Shown here piece by piece: positions 60,220 through 64,000 of a stretch of 64,000 bases of DNA; the first letter of the stretch is position 1; each line of letters begins with the position of its first letter. Where the stretch lies: the NCBI RefSeq assembly GCF_902713615.1, contig NC_052161.1, positions 69,027,424 to 69,091,423 of the forward strand, written 5' to 3'. Made by a program: the position numbers and the translations under genes. Under the pieces are notes generated by a model that saw only the letters and a list, made by a program, of their open reading frames with translations, searched no databases and was not told the origin of the DNA. This DNA is from Scyliorhinus canicula. Taxonomy: Eukaryota.

Positions 60220-60670
60220 CAAGGGTCATGGGTTCAAGTCCCACTCCGGAGACTTGAGCATTAAAATCTCAACTTGCCACAAATTCCCACCCTGAAGGAG
60301 AGCTCCAGTGTTGGAGGTGCCATCTTTCAGATGGACTGATGAGCCAAGATCTCATTGTCCAGCTCAAGCGAACATTAAAGATCGTATAGCACATGGGTGC
60401 TCTCCCAGAGTATTGTTTGCCCTCGCACACAAGATAAACAGATTACACTGAATAGCATTTATTTTTATGTTTGTGGGATCTTGCTATGCACACACTGACT
60501 GTGGCATTGGGCTGGATTATTTTGCCCTGCCCGCCTCAAGACTGCCACGGGCAAGAGGCAGACAATGGAGAAATCCATTGATCTCGGGCGGGATTCTCTG
60601 GTCGCCGGGTGGACGTGGCCAGAGTCCCGCCCATTGTGTCACCCTAAGCACAGTAACTACTGTTGAAAAG
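60220..60670 (+). mobile_element. DeuSINE (SacSINE1-like), interrupted by a short MITE (~60508-60632)
   Basis: GGGTTCAAGTCCCACTCCGGAGACTTGAGCA, GGAGGTGCCATCTTTCAGATG, AAACAGATT and TGTTTGTGGGATCTTGCT. MITE ends GGGCTGGATT...AGTCCCGCCC. Confidence 0.7.
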
Positions 60671-61577
60671 CCTGATTAAATAATGGCATTTGGCAGAGTT
60701 TATTAAACGGGTTTAGAAAAACCTTTATTGACACTGTAACTAAACACTGACTTGATATTTGGAGATTACATTGATAAAGATTGGGCTTGGTACGGGCAAC
60801 TCATCTGGAGTTATGGGTGACTGGTCAATCCCTTGAGCCAATAATTTGATGACCTAATCTTTTGAAACAAGAGGGAGGATTACAAGCTCAGGTCAACCTT
60901 CAAAACCTAACTCCAACATGCTGCCTAGGCTGGAAGTCTTTTTTAAAAATGCTGGAAGCACTCAGGAATTCAGAGAATATCTGTGAAAGCAGAATGGTAG
61001 GGTTAATGTTACAGGTCCATGTTCCTTCCTCAGACCCTTTGTATATTCAGATCCATAACTCTTCATCAGAACTTCTTCATAGGTCTGTAAAAAAAAAAAA
61101 CCAATGATTTGTCCACAGATGGATGGAATTGGCGTGAGGTGGACAGGTGTACTTTATGGGTGGCATAGAGATGGAGCCTCTAATATGTTGTCAAACAAGG
61201 TCCCCTCTATTCTTGGGGTCTTTGAGGGAGTCCCACAGGTTCTGTGTGTTCATCAGATTTTTCGTATTTTTTTTTGTATCAGTGCACTTTTGAGCATATT
61301 CCTCCTTTGGCTTCAGTCATTTATTGAAAAGAAAAATGGTTTCACAATGTTATCATTGATTTACGGTGGTAGCTTTGGAAATGTTGAGAAAGCATCTCCC
61401 TCGGAGATGGGACCAAATGAGGGTGGGGAGGATCCACAGCAAGTCTCAATATTTGTCAGACGTTCACAAGGATATGTCATTAATGGAGTCCCCAGGCATA
61501 TACCATTGCTTGAAGGGAGCCCCCATGACAGACATGTTTGAAAATCACACTTCTAATTGATCTGCTTTGATTAATAG

Positions 61578-61631
61578 GTCTCCATAGCAGGACAGCCATA
61601 TGGTGTAGAAGCAGCTCGAGGCCGTATTAGG
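61578..61631 (+). CDS. BICC1: BICC1 coding exon (probably exon 6), not in the supplied ORF track
   Basis: 54-bp exon, taatAG|GTC...AGG|GTaagt. It encodes VSIAGQPYGVEAARGRIR, matching recalled BICC1 VSIAGQPAGVESARVRIR, with phase 0 on both sides. Confidence 0.92.
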
Positions 61632-62003
61632 GTAAGTTTGATTTGACAGTTGGTGCCATTGACAGGATCCTCAACAGTTACGGAGAGAAGATCACTTGGA
61701 CTCTCATAGAGCCAGATTCTGTGATTTTGTTGCTTATAGACTCTCCGATCTTTCAAGCAACAGGAGGGTTTGATGGTTGCACTTGGAACAGAAGTGCTTC
61801 ATAAGTCGAGTTTAACAGATGAATTTTAAACAAACTGCATGTTTTTTCTTGTTAAATTTGAATGGAGTGCAGAGAACATAAAACGCACATTCATGCTTCA
61901 GTTTGCAGAGAAGGTCAATCTGTTGTATACTAACATGTCAACAGTTTTGTTCATGGGGGTGTCTTAGAGCTATCTTCAACATAACTTAAAAAAAGATACT
62001 TCT

Positions 62004-62228
62004 GGCAGCACGGTTGCGGTAGTGCGTAGCACTGCTGTCTCACGGCGCCGAGGTCCCAGGTTCGATCCCGTCCCTGGGTCACTGTTCGTGTGGAGTTTGC
62101 ACATTCTCCCCGTGTTTGCGTGGGTTTTGCCCCCATAACCCAAAGATGTGCAGGCTAGGTGGATTGGCCATGCTAAATTGCCACTTAATTGTAAAAAATG
62201 AATTGGGTACTCTAAATTTATAAAAAAA
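62004..62228 (+). mobile_element. Short V-SINE with A-tail and imperfect ~16-bp TSD
   Basis: Flanks AAAAAAAGATACTTCT and AAAAAATGATATTTCT at a TT|AAAA target. Confidence 0.85.
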
Positions 62229-62534
62229 TGATATTTCTAAACGGGGATAGCTCCACAGTATTTGGGACCAGAGTTAACTGTTATGTGAAAACCATTGCGA
62301 AAGAAGCTTGAACAGTTTTCAGTGATGAACTAGCCATTTGCACAAGGTGTAGGCATCCCGTACACTGGTGTGTGTGGAAATGGAGAACTGGCAGCTGGAT
62401 TTGCTGACAGGGACACTCCACCTACCCAATATTCGGGAAGTTTACAATGCAAGCCAGGGTTTCAAATTAGGTTTAAAAAGAAAAATAAGCTGCTTGCCAT
62501 CTTTTAGATGCTTGGGAACACATGATTGGTAAAA

Positions 62535-62742
62535 TAACGTCGCCATAGTCCCAGATGACCATTGGCTGCTTTCCCCTTTTGCGGAGGAAAGCTGACCGGT
62601 GGTGATTTAACCTCAGGCGATGGCCAAGGTTGACAAGGCAAGGCCTTCATGAATAAACTCAGCCGGTTTGAGAATTGAATCCATGCTGCTGGCCTTGCTC
62701 TGCTTCACAAATCAGCTGTCTAGCCAACTGAGCTAAACCGGC
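62535..62742 (-). mobile_element. tRNA-derived SINE (family C, same as 31804-31975)
   Basis: Minus-strand head GGTTTAGCTCAGTTGGCT and body TTATTCATGAAGG...CCTGAGGTTAAATCACCACC. Confidence 0.7.
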
Positions 62743-62924
62743 GCATGAGTATTGTCACATCAGTAACATACACAGTACTCGCACCACTTTTGGCATTCAA
62801 CAATACAGAAGAGATGGGCACTGTGCCCTAGACACTGGATGGAATTAAAGTTCCTTGAAAAGGAAACATTTATTGGACTATGGGGAAAGAGCAACGTTAA
62901 TGGGAATAATTGGATTACACTCTC

Positions 62925-64000
62925 ATAGAAACATGCATAGAAAATAGAAGCAGGAGTAGGCCATTCGGCTCTTCGAGCTTGCTCTGCCATTCATTATGAT
63001 CATGAATAATCAGCAAATTGAAAATGAAAATCGCTTATTGTCACAAGTAGGCTTCAAATGAAGTTACTGTGAAAAGCCCTAGTCGCAACATTCCGGCGCC
63101 TGTTCGGGGAGGTTGGTACGGAAATTCAGTTCCCTGATCCCGCCTTCCCCACACATCGCTTGATCCCTTTAACCCCAAGAGCTATATCTCAATCCTTCTT
63201 GAAATCGTACAATATTTTGGCCTCGACTACCTTCCAGAAATTCACCACTCTCTGGGTGAAGAAATTTCTCCTCGCCTCAGTCCTGAAAGGTTTATCCCTT
63301 ATCCTCAAACTATGACCCCTAATTCTGCACTCCCCCACCATCGGGAACATTATTTTGGAATCTACCCTGCTGGAATTTTGTAAGTTTCTATGAGATCCCT
63401 CTCACTCTACTAAACTGCAATGATATAATCCTAATCTTTCCTTATATGACAGTCCCACCATCCCAGGAATCAGCCTGGTGAACCTTTGCTGCACTCCCTC
63501 CATCGCAACAACATCCTTCCTCAGATAAAGACAACTAAACTGCACGCAATATTCCAGGTGTGGCCTCACCAATACCTATACAATTGCGGTAAAGCATCCC
63601 TATTCCTATGCTCAAATAATGTCGCTATGAAGGCCAACATACCATTTGCCTTCTTTACTGCCTGCTCTACCTGCACGCTTACTTTCAGTGACTGATGCAT
63701 GAGGACACCCAAGGTCTCGCTGAGTATCCACCTCTCTCAATTTACACCCATTCACATAATTATCTGTCTTCCTATCTTTGCCACCAAAGTGGATAAACTC
63801 ACATTGATCCACATTATATTGCATCTGCTATGCATATGCTCACTCACTCAGTCTGTCCAAATCCCGCTGAAGCATCTCTGCATCCTCCTCACCTCTCACC
63901 CTTCCACATAACTTTATACCACCTGCAAATTTGGAGATAATACATTTAGTTCCCTTTCCAAATCATTAATTTATAATGTGAACAGTTGTGGTCCTAGCAC
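62925..64000 (-). mobile_element. CR1 3' fragment running off the window, with a nested family-B SINE fragment (63021-63125)
   Basis: Tail CATAGAAAATAGAAGCAGGAGTAGGCCATTCGG. ORF 63612-63824 MQYNVDQCEFIHFG...QRDLG. Confidence 0.85.

Overview
Repeat-rich vertebrate DNA, most likely from a cartilaginous fish. This is inferred from HE1/V-SINE-like, SacSINE1/DeuSINE-like and HER1/CR1-like repeats. The only host gene I can support is BICC1 (Bicaudal-C homolog 1, KH-domain RNA-binding protein) on the + strand. Three coding exons with canonical AG/GT boundaries lie at 58159-58238, 58814-58972 and 61578-61631. The first ~58 kb is therefore probably one large intron. It holds nested transposable elements: a hAT remnant, a Gmr1-type Gypsy with integrase before RT, an apparently intact CR1 LINE, L1 fragments with TSDs, three solo LTRs, Penelope-like fragments, MITEs, many SINEs and three minisatellites. 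The most interesting signals are (1) a T-TTA-AAC slippery heptamer in phase at the ORF1/ORF2 junction of the intact CR1, repeated in a second CR1 family, with no ORF2 AUG before the endonuclease core, which suggests -1 ribosomal frameshifting; (2) a minimal hammerhead-ribozyme motif in a 132-bp TSD-flanked element, sense to the BICC1 pre-mRNA, plus decayed relatives; (3) one V-SINE body with two different tails and insertion signatures (CR1-type vs L1-type); (4) an ~840-bp mini-L1; (5) two 26-bp GC-rich minisatellites sharing a core. All calls come from reading the sequence by eye. No database searches were run, and repeat-family names are recognition-based.
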